DNA of 64,000 nt, taken from positions 1 through 64,000 of IMG/VR virus record IMGVR_UViG_3300037245_003482; one strand, given 5' to 3'. A program made the translations under genes and the position numbers. The number at the start of each line of letters is the position of its first letter. The stretch's first letter is position 1. Below are positions 19,345 to 29,115 of this stretch, piece by piece. The stretch is from a virus. The notes below the pieces were generated by a model. It worked only from the letters and a program-made list of their open reading frames with translations, was not told where the DNA came from and made no database searches.

Positions 19345-21978
19345 TTATACAGGGTTGCTGTTTACATCAAATTTTACCATTTTGGCCCAGCTTCCCCCCA
19401 CTTCTGTCATTTCACCCTCAAGTACCAATGGCACAATAATCCAGGGCCAGCGTTCCATTACGCCCTCTACACCCCAATAGCGTGAAATCCTATTGACTTC
19501 ATTTTCTTCACCTGCATAAACTTTGAATGCAAATTCATCATGTATTTCCCATGCAAGTGTGCTGCGCAGGCCCTCTTCCTTTACTTCCTTGGCTGCCTGT
19601 GCCATTGACCACAATTTCACATGGCTTGCAGGGCCCTGTGTTTTCCAGTTGCAAAATTCAGTATAACCAAAAGGGCCTGTATATCTGCACCCATTAAGCG
19701 TATCAGTGTACCCATCTATTTGGAACTTATCCCAATCTTCTTCCCTTAGGTCTTTATATTCAGGGAACCATTCCCCCCAATACCATTCATATTTGGCAAT
19801 AACATGCTTTAAAAACACTTTTGGGTCATCCCACCCTTTTTCCCTAAAATACTCCCACATAAGCGGAATAAGCTTACAATGCTTATAAAGGCTGGGGGCA
19901 ATACTAAAAGGGCTTGCCCCATAAATACCAGGAAATACAGCATCACTTTTGGTATTTTGGCGCACCACACCACGTATAATTTTGCCATCGTATTCTGTTT
20001 CCTCCATTAAAGAAACAAAATCATCCTGTAAATCAAATAAATTATGGGTCCAATCCCAGTGCATGTCGCTTTTTAAATCACTTGCATAGGCCAACCAGTT
20101 TTTATCTGGGTAATTACATGCAGCAATCATTGTTTCAAGTGCTTTGTAATCCCAGGCCATAAAGCGGTAATCATCACCCGGTTTAATGCAGCTGCGTATT
20201 ATGTTTTTAATTTTGGTATTGTGCTTTGGTACATTTTGGGCATTTGGGTTGCTGCTGTTACCTCGCAGTGTTACTGTAAGCAGTTTATAATATGGGTGCA
20301 CTTTGCCGTCAACGCATTCATGCAGGTACCCATCCAAATAAGTACCTACTATTTTTTCAAGCTTCTTAATTTCCAGTATTTCATTGGTGAATGGGTGGTT
20401 CATTTTTTCCATTACTTCAATATCAAGGGCCTGTTTCCCGCTTTTGCCACTGCCCGCCTGTTTTTTATCTACATTTTTAAGCCCTAATGTAGTGTACACA
20501 TGCTTGTAGAAATTGTTTCCACTGGTGGTTCCATCCCAACCAAGGCCAAATTCACCTTTTTTGAGTGCTTCCAGTCGTTCTTTTATTTCATGCTCAATAT
20601 CAACTTTTTGGTTTATGGCATGTTCAACATCAAATAATTGCCCCTGTATGTGCAATTCGCTTAAAGCTTCCATTTGCCCATCAAGGAGGAAATCAAAATC
20701 AAGATGAGGGTGTGCAGCAAACCATGCCTGTTGCTTTTTACGTAGTTTCCTACACCAGAAACTATCTAATGCACAATAATGGTACAGTTTGTCTTTTGGT
20801 GCATCCTGTATGCGGTTGAACCCGTTTTCATCTTTTTCCCCTTCCCCTTCTAAATAATGGGCAATATCCTCATCATAATTAAGTACCCCAAAATGCTTAT
20901 ATACAAGGTACTTTTGCCCGCATGGTTTTTGGTTATGGATCATGTGTTCCGCAAGCAGGGTGTCCCAGGCCCAATTTACCACTTTGTATTGTTCCCCCAT
21001 GTAACCTGCACGGAAATACACCCAACGGTCTTCAAATGGGTCATTATGGGCCACTTTGCCAATTTCATCATTGGTCATTACTTTCTTAAATGCTGCACAG
21101 AATTTCTCATTTTGTATAAAAAATGGCATGCACACACTTTCTTTATGATCAGCAATAGAAACACATTCGATAAAATGCCCTTCTGCCTGTGGTTTTAAGC
21201 CGCTGGTTTCAAAGTCAAATTCAATAAGTGCTTTACTGCCTGCCCAAAAATCATGCATAATATCCAGGTATTCTATGGCATCTTCTACATCCCAAATTAT
21301 ACGGGTGTCTTTTTCCTTTGGTTCATTATTTGGAAATTCATAATTTTCTGCAGTCGCCTTTGCCACAGCATTTTCAATGTCACGTTCAAAATTAAGCACT
21401 GTTACCGGGTCCACTTTTTTATTCTTTTTGTTCATTGTTCTGTGGATTTCATGGGGGCTATATGTGGGGCAGAGCCATGCCTTTAATTGTTGATCAGGTA
21501 TTGTTTCACTGTAAAAAGCATTATATGGGGTTCCATTTAGGCGCCCTGTAAGCCTGCTGTTTATTACGCCACGTGTTGCAGCACGGCCTAATAATATAAC
21601 CACACGGGGCTTTAATTGCTTAATTTCACGTAGTATATTGGGACTGCACTGGCCAATAGCAATATCGTTGGAATTAGAATCAGGGCACCTGCACCGTACA
21701 GCAGTTGTTACCCAGCAATCTTTTTCAATATGGCAATTAAATTTGCGTAAGGTGTCTTTCAGCCTGCGGAAACTATCTTCCTCTGAAAGCAATAACCCAG
21801 AAATATCATCAGCTGCACTTGGGGTATCAGTTACAATTAAAATACCCTTTTTGCCCTGCCCTTGTGCTTTTATTTTTGGATGTTTGGCATTATACTGGTG
21901 GTTGCAACCTTCACACCCTTGGGCAAAGGGACCTTTCTTTTTTGCGCCTGTACTTGTGGGGGTTGTGAAAAGTGGCAT
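19345..21978 (-). CDS. polA: Family A DNA polymerase with N-terminal UDG-like domain and 3'-5' exonuclease (SPO1-type)
   Basis: ExoI DFETSG, YCALD; motif A DYKALE, motif B RQNTK..VFPGIYG, motif C EIHDE; N-terminal CxxC..VRCRCP..C..P.VVILLG. Confidence 0.92.
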   Translation of the reverse strand: MPLFTTPTSTGAKKKGPFAQGCEGCNHQYNAKHPKIKAQGQGKKGILIVTDTPSAADDISGLLLSEEDSFRRLKDTLRKFNCHIEKDCWVTTAVRCRCPDSNSNDIAIGQCSPNILREIKQLKPRVVILLGRAATRGVINSRLTGRLNGTPYNAFYSETIPDQQLKAWLCPTYSPHEIHRTMNKKNKKVDPVTVLNFERDIENAVAKATAENYEFPNNEPKEKDTRIIWDVEDAIEYLDIMHDFWAGSKALIEFDFETSGLKPQAEGHFIECVSIADHKESVCMPFFIQNEKFCAAFKKVMTNDEIGKVAHNDPFEDRWVYFRAGYMGEQYKVVNWAWDTLLAEHMIHNQKPCGQKYLVYKHFGVLNYDEDIAHYLEGEGEKDENGFNRIQDAPKDKLYHYCALDSFWCRKLRKKQQAWFAAHPHLDFDFLLDGQMEALSELHIQGQLFDVEHAINQKVDIEHEIKERLEALKKGEFGLGWDGTTSGNNFYKHVYTTLGLKNVDKKQAGSGKSGKQALDIEVMEKMNHPFTNEILEIKKLEKIVGTYLDGYLHECVDGKVHPYYKLLTVTLRGNSSNPNAQNVPKHNTKIKNIIRSCIKPGDDYRFMAWDYKALETMIAACNYPDKNWLAYASDLKSDMHWDWTHNLFDLQDDFVSLMEETEYDGKIIRGVVRQNTKSDAVFPGIYGASPFSIAPSLYKHCKLIPLMWEYFREKGWDDPKVFLKHVIAKYEWYWGEWFPEYKDLREEDWDKFQIDGYTDTLNGCRYTGPFGYTEFCNWKTQGPASHVKLWSMAQAAKEVKEEGLRSTLAWEIHDEFAFKVYAGEENEVNRISRYWGVEGVMERWPWIIVPLVLEGEMTEVGGSWAKMVKFDVNSNPV

Positions 21979-22011
21979 AAAATTTCCTGTTTTTAAAATA
22001 TGTAATAAAAT

Positions 22012-22051
22012 GGCTGCTGCCTAAGAGATATCTCTGCGCGGGGCAGCAGCC
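22012..22051 (-). promoter_or_regulatory. GC-rich stem-loop in the polymerase leader
   Basis: GGCTGCTGCC/GGCAGCAGCC 10-bp stem enclosing the palindrome AGAGATATCTCT. Confidence 0.5.
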
Positions 22052-22080
22052 CACAAATATACTTATATGGTTATTTGTGT

Positions 22081-23223
22081 TTATTCAGGGTCGCTTAAGT
22101 TGCATATAAGGTGCCTGTAATGTTCTGCTTCAAACAGCAACACTGTAACAGGCCCTTCCCCACCCTGTATTTCAGTAACCCAGAAATCCTTTGATTTTGT
22201 GTATATGTCATGCAGAAAATCAGTGGGGTATAGGCAACTAAAACCTTCTTTGATTTTAATTCCATCTGTAGGCCAATCAAGGGCTTCTTCACTGGTGCTG
22301 TCCTTACTTTGGGAGCTTATCATCAAATGTTTTTCTGTAAACGAAAGTTTCACAAAATACAATGAAGCATTGCCATCCTTGCCACTGCTTTTTGCACTCA
22401 TAATACCCACACGTTTAATTGCATCCGGGAAACCTATTGGCAATGTGCCTGCAACAGAATCTTCCTTTTTTTCCAGGCTTGCAAAGTTTTGCAAAAATGG
22501 TACAACTTGCTTGGATGGTTCAATAGCCAATAGTGTGCAACTGAATATTGTGCCCTCAGTTGTTTTAAAATGAACCCAAACATCTTTTTCAACTTCACCA
22601 TCACTGTTGGTGTGGCATTTGGTGTAATGGGTAAATTTTTCATCCAGTTTAAGCAGCTGGCTTGTATTCTGCAGGCTAATCCAAAAATTAGCAATTTCGC
22701 CATCGTCATCCAGTAATGGGGTTTCAAAGGTGTAAATATTTGAGCGCATTGCATCCGTGCTGTACACATGGTTATCATCAAAAATTGTACCTGCATATGA
22801 CTCTTTAGCATTATCAGAAATTTCACACAGCTGCAGGGCCTCTTGAAAATCTGCGGGCAGTTCAATACTGGGGTTAATATTATGTAATTCAGTTACATAT
22901 TCAGGGGTGGCTATTTCTGTAATCCAGGACAATGTTGATTTATTGCGGCCACATTTAATAACCAGCCCTTTTTCACTTGTTTCCAGTGTTATATCATTGG
23001 ACTTGAAACTTTGTACAAGTTTAAAGAATTTTTCACCAATAATTGCCCCTGAAATACCCTCTGTGTCTATTTTAACACTGGCACAAATTGTACCATTGAA
23101 TGTATGGAGGGCACCATCACCAAAAATAATGGTGTCAGCACCTGCCAGGGTGTTTTTGCCTTTTACAATACCAGGCATTACTTTTTTAATAGCACTAAGA
23201 AGTGCTGATTTTTCGATTTGCAT
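22081..23223 (-). CDS. Sliding clamp (DnaN beta-like)
   Basis: 380 aa; MQIEKSALLSAIKKV start, YSTDAMR (ATD..R equivalent), AIKRV; between Pol and nucleotide genes. Confidence 0.75.
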   Translation of the reverse strand: MQIEKSALLSAIKKVMPGIVKGKNTLAGADTIIFGDGALHTFNGTICASVKIDTEGISGAIIGEKFFKLVQSFKSNDITLETSEKGLVIKCGRNKSTLSWITEIATPEYVTELHNINPSIELPADFQEALQLCEISDNAKESYAGTIFDDNHVYSTDAMRSNIYTFETPLLDDDGEIANFWISLQNTSQLLKLDEKFTHYTKCHTNSDGEVEKDVWVHFKTTEGTIFSCTLLAIEPSKQVVPFLQNFASLEKKEDSVAGTLPIGFPDAIKRVGIMSAKSSGKDGNASLYFVKLSFTEKHLMISSQSKDSTSEEALDWPTDGIKIKEGFSCLYPTDFLHDIYTKSKDFWVTEIQGGEGPVTVLLFEAEHYRHLICNLSDPE

Positions 23224-23660
23224 TACTGCTCCTTTTGATTTTTGTTTCTACTTATTTGTTCGTGGTCTAAGTTTGCTTCAGACCTAAATGTTCTAGTTTT
23301 TCCCAGCCCATAATTATGGTTATCCGTTACAATTTTTCTGGAATCTAAGTCTTCTAGGGCAGCCAAAGCTACGGCTGCTGTTTGAATCAATTCGGTTCTA
23401 TAATTAGCCCTGCACCTTTTGTAAGTTTCTAAGGAACTATAACCCCCTGAATCCTTATAAGCTTTTTTAGTGAATTCCATTTCGCAGACTTCTTTGCATA
23501 CCTCCCCATATTCCTCACCAAGTATACACATCCAAAATGAGGGCTCATGGTTTTGAACCCCCCATTTTTCATCCTGTTTTTGGCGTTCCCCTTTTACTTC
23601 ATTTATAATATCATTTTGCCGTATGGCTCTTTTATACTCATTCATATTTGCATCCCCCAT
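23223..23660 (-). CDS. MazG-like nucleotide pyrophosphohydrolase
   Basis: ERQKQDEKWG, ILGEEYGEV, ELIQTAAVA. Confidence 0.8.
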   Translation of the reverse strand: MGDANMNEYKRAIRQNDIINEVKGERQKQDEKWGVQNHEPSFWMCILGEEYGEVCKEVCEMEFTKKAYKDSGGYSSLETYKRCRANYRTELIQTAAVALAALEDLDSRKIVTDNHNYGLGKTRTFRSEANLDHEQISRNKNQKEQ

Positions 23661-24484
23661 TATACAGAAACCTGCCCTTTGATTGCTGGGTGGTGCTTAT
23701 ACCCAATCAACTCAAAATCCTCATAGGTAAATTCATCAATATCTTTTATTGCAGGGTTTATTTTCATGGTGGGCAATGGCAGTGGCGCCTTGCATAATTG
23801 TTCATCAACTTGTTGTAAGTGATTGTTATAAATATGGGCATCACCAAAGGTGTGGATGAAATCACCAACTTCTAAATCACATACCTGTGCAACCATCATG
23901 GTAAGTAGGGCATAGGAGGCAATATTGAACGGTGTACCCAAGAACATGTCAGCAGAACGCTGGAACATTTTACAACTTAATTTACCATTTAGCACATAAA
24001 ATTGGAAAAAACTGTGGCATGGGGGTAGTGCTGCTTCTTCAATTTCACCCGGATTCCAGGCTGTAACAATAAGTCTACGGCAATCTGGTTTGGTTTTTAT
24101 GCGTTCAATTACATTTGCAAGCTGGTCAATAAGCTTATCCTGGCCTGGGGGGCAATCTGAAGCATAATACATGGGGGGTTCCCATAAACGCCATTGTTTT
24201 CCATATACAGGCCCTAAATCGCCATTTTCGTCGGCCCATTGGTCCCAAATATGCACCCCATTATCATTAAGGTACTTAATATTTGTGGCCCCTGAAATAA
24301 TCCAAAGCAATTCATGTATAATGCCTTTTAGGAACATCTTTTTGGTTGTTACCAACGGGAACCCCTTGGAAAGATCAAAGCGCATTTGTGGCCCAAACAT
24401 GCTTATTGTGCCTGTTCCTGTGCGGTCACCCTTTTGGGCGCCTTGTTCCTTGATTTCTTTTAATAAACGTAAATATTGTCTCAT
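23660..24484 (-). CDS. thyA: Thymidylate synthase
   Basis: [32 protein letters not shown]. Confidence 0.97.
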   Translation of the reverse strand: MRQYLRLLKEIKEQGAQKGDRTGTGTISMFGPQMRFDLSKGFPLVTTKKMFLKGIIHELLWIISGATNIKYLNDNGVHIWDQWADENGDLGPVYGKQWRLWEPPMYYASDCPPGQDKLIDQLANVIERIKTKPDCRRLIVTAWNPGEIEEAALPPCHSFFQFYVLNGKLSCKMFQRSADMFLGTPFNIASYALLTMMVAQVCDLEVGDFIHTFGDAHIYNNHLQQVDEQLCKAPLPLPTMKINPAIKDIDEFTYEDFELIGYKHHPAIKGQVSV

Positions 24485-24502
24485 TGTTTCCTCTTTGTTG
24501 TT

Positions 24503-24880
24503 TTAAAATATAACACCTTTTTCTGTAAGCTGTTCAGCAATAATACCCCAATCAGATATGTGCATTAAATTTTTATCATCAATGTAAATATCTGCACTTA
24601 TTTTGCGGCAATCCACACCATATTCCCTTATTTTACTTGGTAAATTTGTGTTAATATAATGGTGGTGTACATCCATTTCCTCCAGGAACTTTTCAACATC
24701 CCCCATGGTGCCACCTACTCTGCAGGTGTTAATTATAATAAAATGCCCTGCTCTGTACAGTTTATTGATAACATTTTTTGCCATTGGTAATATTGGGCCA
24801 ATTTCTGGGTATTTGTCTTCTGCTATTGTACCATCAAAATCAATTGCAATTACAAACCGTTTATATTCGTGCATTTTCAC
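24503..24880 (-). CDS. HAD-superfamily phosphatase
   Basis: IAIDFDGTI, TCR, K..ADIYIDDK. Confidence 0.85.
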   Translation of the reverse strand: MKMHEYKRFVIAIDFDGTIAEDKYPEIGPILPMAKNVINKLYRAGHFIIINTCRVGGTMGDVEKFLEEMDVHHHYINTNLPSKIREYGVDCRKISADIYIDDKNLMHISDWGIIAEQLTEKGVIF

Positions 24881-24883
24881 CCC

Positions 24884-25564
24884 TTAAAAAAGTCCCCATG
24901 AATTGGCCTTGATCCTTGTTTTTGATGTGGCAAACCACTCTTCCCCTATTTCTATACCCAGAAATTTACGTTGTGTGTCTTTGGCTGCCACCCCTGTTGT
25001 GCCACTCCCCATAAATGGATCAAAAATAATATCACCTGGGGAACTAAATTTAGTAATTAAATGGGCAATTAGTGGCACTGGTTTCTGTGTTGGATGGAGT
25101 GCATTTTGAGTTCTTGGGTACCTCATTATATTTGGGGTTCTTTTTCCATTTATTGCACGCTGGCCTTTTTGGGCAAATATAATAAATTCACATTGGGGAG
25201 CAAAATCATGCTTTAAATCGCCCATACCTGGTTGACCTTTGTCCCATATAAGTATATTTTTAAGAACAAAAACTTTTTCGATTATTTTTTTGAACTCATC
25301 AATTTTATGCCAACTACAGAAAAAATAGTGCCCCGTGTTGGGCTTTGCAACCCTATAGCATTGATTTATGAACTCTGGGAGCCAGTCAAGATTATCATCA
25401 TTGGCTATTTTTGCATGCTTTTCCTTTCTCATTCCCGATTGATAGTCCATACCATAAGGGGGATCTGTGCATATCATATCAACAGAAGCTGGTTTCATGC
25501 TTTTTATATAATCAAAAGAATCCCCATTAACTAAAGTATATGAATTACCAGTAACTGTTTCCAT
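24884..25564 (-). CDS. DNA amino-methyltransferase (N6A/N4C, beta class)
   Basis: TDPPY, HPTQKP, DPFMGSGTT. Confidence 0.95.
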   Translation of the reverse strand: METVTGNSYTLVNGDSFDYIKSMKPASVDMICTDPPYGMDYQSGMRKEKHAKIANDDNLDWLPEFINQCYRVAKPNTGHYFFCSWHKIDEFKKIIEKVFVLKNILIWDKGQPGMGDLKHDFAPQCEFIIFAQKGQRAINGKRTPNIMRYPRTQNALHPTQKPVPLIAHLITKFSSPGDIIFDPFMGSGTTGVAAKDTQRKFLGIEIGEEWFATSKTRIKANSWGLF

Positions 25565-26241
25565 TATTCCACCTTTTTAGGTATTTGGTTAGGGTCACTT
25601 AAATCAAATCCCATGAAATTAAACTCCCCTTTTATTCTTTGCTTCAAAGCTACAAAATAATCAGGATCTAGTTCAAACCCCACAAATTCCCCACTTTTCT
25701 GGAATCTTTCCCATGCTATTGCATGTGATCCTGATCCTAAATGTGTATCTAATATTTTGAAATCAGGTTTTGCATAGTTTTGGAGTAACCAGGAATAAAG
25801 GGCAACTGGTTTTTGTGTTGGATGAATCCGAACCTTATCTGCCCCAACAATTCTTTTTTTATAAATTTTAGCTGGTGAATTAAATGAAGTCCATGCAAAT
25901 TCACACATTGCCATTGTGAATTTTTCTGGTTGTACTTTATCCCAAACTAAAAAGCAGGGCATTGGGAAAAGATGTTCAATCATATAATTCCCACCCCAGA
26001 CAATTTGGTTTTTAGAGACGCGGAAAAGCTCTGCAAAATAGGCTTTATCTGGTATTTTTTCATCTGCGCCTGCAAACTTTTTATAATCCTTTTTGGAATT
26101 CCCTACTTTACCACCAGCCATACCTATTCCATAAGGTGGGTCCACAATTGCCAAATCAAAATAATTATCTGGGTATTGTGCCATCCCTACCATGCAATCT
26201 TGGTTGTAAATTTTACGATTGCCTACAATAAATTCATCCAT
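25564..26241 (-). CDS. DNA amino-methyltransferase (N6A/N4C, beta class)
   Basis: VDPPY, HPTQKP, DTHLGSGS. Confidence 0.95.
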   Translation of the reverse strand: MDEFIVGNRKIYNQDCMVGMAQYPDNYFDLAIVDPPYGIGMAGGKVGNSKKDYKKFAGADEKIPDKAYFAELFRVSKNQIVWGGNYMIEHLFPMPCFLVWDKVQPEKFTMAMCEFAWTSFNSPAKIYKKRIVGADKVRIHPTQKPVALYSWLLQNYAKPDFKILDTHLGSGSHAIAWERFQKSGEFVGFELDPDYFVALKQRIKGEFNFMGFDLSDPNQIPKKVE

Positions 26242-26406
26242 TTAACACCAAGAGCAAAAAGTACCTACCCCTTATATAAAAAGTTGTGCGGGTAACACTT
26301 CAAAATAAAAGCCAATGTTCAACATTTTCATATAGCCCATGTCCCCTGCAAATAACATCCTAATACTTTTTTAAAAAATAATGCATTAGTTTAAAATATT
26401 CCTTTA

Positions 26407-26417
26407 TATAATAGGGG
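26407..26417 (+). promoter_or_regulatory. Phage promoter motif TATAATAGGG(G), representative of 11 exact copies
   Basis: Copies at 16792(-), 26407, 29757, 42041, 45280, 47326, 49532, 50389, 51370, 54088, 54655; variants at 7259(-), 26268(-), 32346. Confidence 0.8.
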
Positions 26418-26432
26418 TACAAAGGAGTATTT

Positions 26433-27437
26433 ATGGGTTTATTTAACGATTGTGAAGATTTGCAGGAAACTTTTGAGTGGATTGTCGATGTGTCTAAAAC
26501 ATGCAACAACATATATAAAAAGGCATGCGAAGAAAATAAGGAACTTGCTGCTGCAATGGATGTACCATTTACTGTGCCCACTTCTGGGATGACAAAATGG
26601 GTCAAAACATTCAATGAATTAGTTGCCAAATTGGTAAAGGGCAATAAAGCTGCTTTTAATACAAAAGAACACTTGAACAAGGGGCAAGACATACAGGACC
26701 TTTTTGACCATGATCGACCAAGTGTATTAGGTGTAATTGAACACTTGGCCAGAAAATACACAAAGGCCCGTATTACACCTGGGTACAGAAAAGGTATTAC
26801 ACCTAAAAAAATCAATTTGGCCCATTTTATTTACACAGACTTCCCCCCATTTTTAGCCCAGCAGAATTTTTCACTTGCATTATATTGGCTTAACACTGAA
26901 GCACCAGGCACCCCAGATGAAAAATTCCACCAGGCACTTTATACCCTAAATAAATGTGGGGTGCATGATTACGTTATAACCCCCTTTATCATTTTATTAG
27001 GGGAACAAAACACAAACACACAAAGGGCCCGTTTACTTGACAGTATATTGCTATTTGTTTCTTGGTATGAAAAAATGAAAGCCAGTTTCAGTGTTAAAAA
27101 TTATACACCACCAGGCTGGTTCTATGTTGGTACAGCTGAAAAATTTATAAAAATGTTTTATGAGTACATTTGTGATATTTGGGGGGGCGACTTTGTGGTA
27201 TTCCCCAAACCAGTTACAGATGACCCAGAAAAATCATTATTCAGAAATTACCTCGAGTGGCTTAAACTTAATTTTAGTGTTGATTTTTTCCCAAAGGAAC
27301 AAACAAAATTTGTACCCCGTGTAACCCCCAATTATAAGCAGACAAAGGAAGAACTGCGCCTGAAGGTTACAGATCACCAAAAATGGCGTGCAGAAGTAAT
27401 GCCCAAAATAACAGCTGCTGGGTATTCTCAGGAATAA
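26433..27437 (+). CDS. Hypothetical protein (334 aa)
   Basis: Own promoter motif and AAGGAG RBS. Confidence 0.7.
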   Translation: MGLFNDCEDLQETFEWIVDVSKTCNNIYKKACEENKELAAAMDVPFTVPTSGMTKWVKTFNELVAKLVKGNKAAFNTKEHLNKGQDIQDLFDHDRPSVLGVIEHLARKYTKARITPGYRKGITPKKINLAHFIYTDFPPFLAQQNFSLALYWLNTEAPGTPDEKFHQALYTLNKCGVHDYVITPFIILLGEQNTNTQRARLLDSILLFVSWYEKMKASFSVKNYTPPGWFYVGTAEKFIKMFYEYICDIWGGDFVVFPKPVTDDPEKSLFRNYLEWLKLNFSVDFFPKEQTKFVPRVTPNYKQTKEELRLKVTDHQKWRAEVMPKITAAGYSQE

Positions 27438-27443
27438 ATTTTA

Positions 27444-27488
27444 TTTTTTAAAAAAGTGTTTGCATTTCCTTTTGCTTTTTGTTATTTT
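27444..27488 (+). promoter_or_regulatory. Sigma70-type early promoter with T6A6 upstream element
   Basis: TTTTTTAAAAAA-gtgt-TTGCAT-17bp-TATTTT; 31 bp identical at 52427-52457. Confidence 0.7.
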
Positions 27489-27521
27489 GAATTATAAGGA
27501 ATTAAGGAACTGAGGAAAACA

Positions 27522-27896
27522 ATGACTACTGGGAATAAAACAACAACAGAAGCACCTAAAAAATACCTGTATACAAATGGAAGATGGGGTTTGCGAAGAT
27601 ATTTAATAGCAAGAGAAACCGCTAAAACTTATTTTTTATATATCAATGAGGTATATGAAGAACCTGTTAGAAAAAATAAAATGAGTACAGGTACGGGTTG
27701 GCACGTTTCTTCTTATAAAGAAGAAACCCCTGAACTTTTAGCATTATGGAATAAGGCTATTTTAAGTGCAAAAGCTAAGGAAGCCTGTGATTATTTTATA
27801 GGGCATGTTAACAAATTAAGTGGAGAGTTGCAAAATCAGTTGATTGAATTGGCTGAAAGCCATAAGGATGCACATGCATCTATGGAAAGGGGTTAA
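27522..27896 (+). CDS. Hypothetical early protein
   Basis: GAGG RBS downstream of the promoter. Confidence 0.6.
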   Translation: MTTGNKTTTEAPKKYLYTNGRWGLRRYLIARETAKTYFLYINEVYEEPVRKNKMSTGTGWHVSSYKEETPELLALWNKAILSAKAKEACDYFIGHVNKLSGELQNQLIELAESHKDAHASMERG

Positions 27897-27897
27897 T

Positions 27898-28521
27898 ATG
27901 AAACAATCACAACACACTGAAAATGTAGAAGATTACATGGGCATGATACATAAGGCCGTTAAAAAAGTAAAACCAAGTGAAGCCCTTTACCAGGACCTGG
28001 TATCTGAGGGTATTTTGATTTTTTATACAGCGCTCAAATGCTTTGATGAAACCAAAGGGGCCAAATTCAGTACCCATTTAACCATACACCTGCAGCAGCT
28101 CTTCAACCGTTATTGGTACAAATACCAGGATAAGGCCTATTTGTTCAAATATAATAAGCAGCAAACTGCCTACAGTGGCCATTATGTTAATGGGGGTGAC
28201 TGTGGGGGAGAGCGTGCGGACATGGATTTTGTACAGGAACCTGTTGACGAAAACCAAAGGATGGATCTTGCTTTATTGTACACTGAACTAACACCTGATG
28301 CAAAGCACCTGCATACAGTAATTACATCAGGCACCTTAGTTGCAGAGTTTGGCAAACAACTACGCCTGACCATTACCAACCTGCTTAAAATAGTAGAAGA
28401 ATGGGGTTGGGACAGCACACGCCTAAAAGCTGCATTAATTGATTTACGTGAATTCATATATGAAATGTTTGAAAACACTGTGGAATTAGACACATTGGGC
28501 TATAAGCACAATAAACTATAA
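27898..28521 (+). CDS. Divergent sigma-70-like factor (region 2 recognisable)
   Basis: YMGMIHKAV...YQDLVSEG......LKCFDETKGAKFSTHL. Confidence 0.75.
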   Translation: MKQSQHTENVEDYMGMIHKAVKKVKPSEALYQDLVSEGILIFYTALKCFDETKGAKFSTHLTIHLQQLFNRYWYKYQDKAYLFKYNKQQTAYSGHYVNGGDCGGERADMDFVQEPVDENQRMDLALLYTELTPDAKHLHTVITSGTLVAEFGKQLRLTITNLLKIVEEWGWDSTRLKAALIDLREFIYEMFENTVELDTLGYKHNKL

Positions 28522-28530
28522 AGGAGACAT

Positions 28531-29079
28531 ATGTCTTATTACATAACGAACCCGGGCAGTGATTCTGCTGAAAAAATTGAAGCCCTTTTTAAAGAATACC
28601 AAAAATGCAGGGTACAAAGGCACAAGTTTGCAAAAGAACTTGGGGCCACAGATTACCTTGTAAGCCATCATTTCACTGAACGTGGTATTAGTGGTTTCCG
28701 TTTTGCTTCTAAAAAAGGCATATACTGCATCAATGATGAACTAAAAGCCAAAGAAGACGGAAAAGTACCTAAGGGGCTGCGTTTCGACAGAAAATTGGGT
28801 GCTTGGGTTCTTGCATTAAAAACAGCTGAAGGTAAATTACTGCAATCAAAACTTAGAGCATTGCCAAAAGTAATACCAGGTAAAGCACGGCTGCTGCTTT
28901 CCACCACAGACAACCCAGATTTAAATATTGGTGAAATAAAACGCATTGTTAAAAAGTGCCCTGTAAAAAGCTTAAGGGGCGGTTTTACCTTTATAACTGG
29001 CCTTTTTTCTAAAGGTGAAGTACCAAAAGATTGCAGGCCAATAAAAAAATCACGTTATTATTACCTTTTAGGTGAATAA
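28531..29079 (+). CDS. Hypothetical basic protein
   Basis: AAGGAG RBS, 182 aa. Confidence 0.6.
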   Translation: MSYYITNPGSDSAEKIEALFKEYQKCRVQRHKFAKELGATDYLVSHHFTERGISGFRFASKKGIYCINDELKAKEDGKVPKGLRFDRKLGAWVLALKTAEGKLLQSKLRALPKVIPGKARLLLSTTDNPDLNIGEIKRIVKKCPVKSLRGGFTFITGLFSKGEVPKDCRPIKKSRYYYLLGE

Positions 29080-29115
29080 ATAGTAACACATTACTTTTAA
29101 TATTGTATACTTACT

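Noticed and set aside
23223-24880. DNA hypermodification cluster (MazG-ThyA-HAD)
   Set aside because: ThyA is canonical, including the dUMP-specifying Asn (PFN); no PurZ, Que/Dpd, glycosyltransferase or hydroxymethylase is seen in the window
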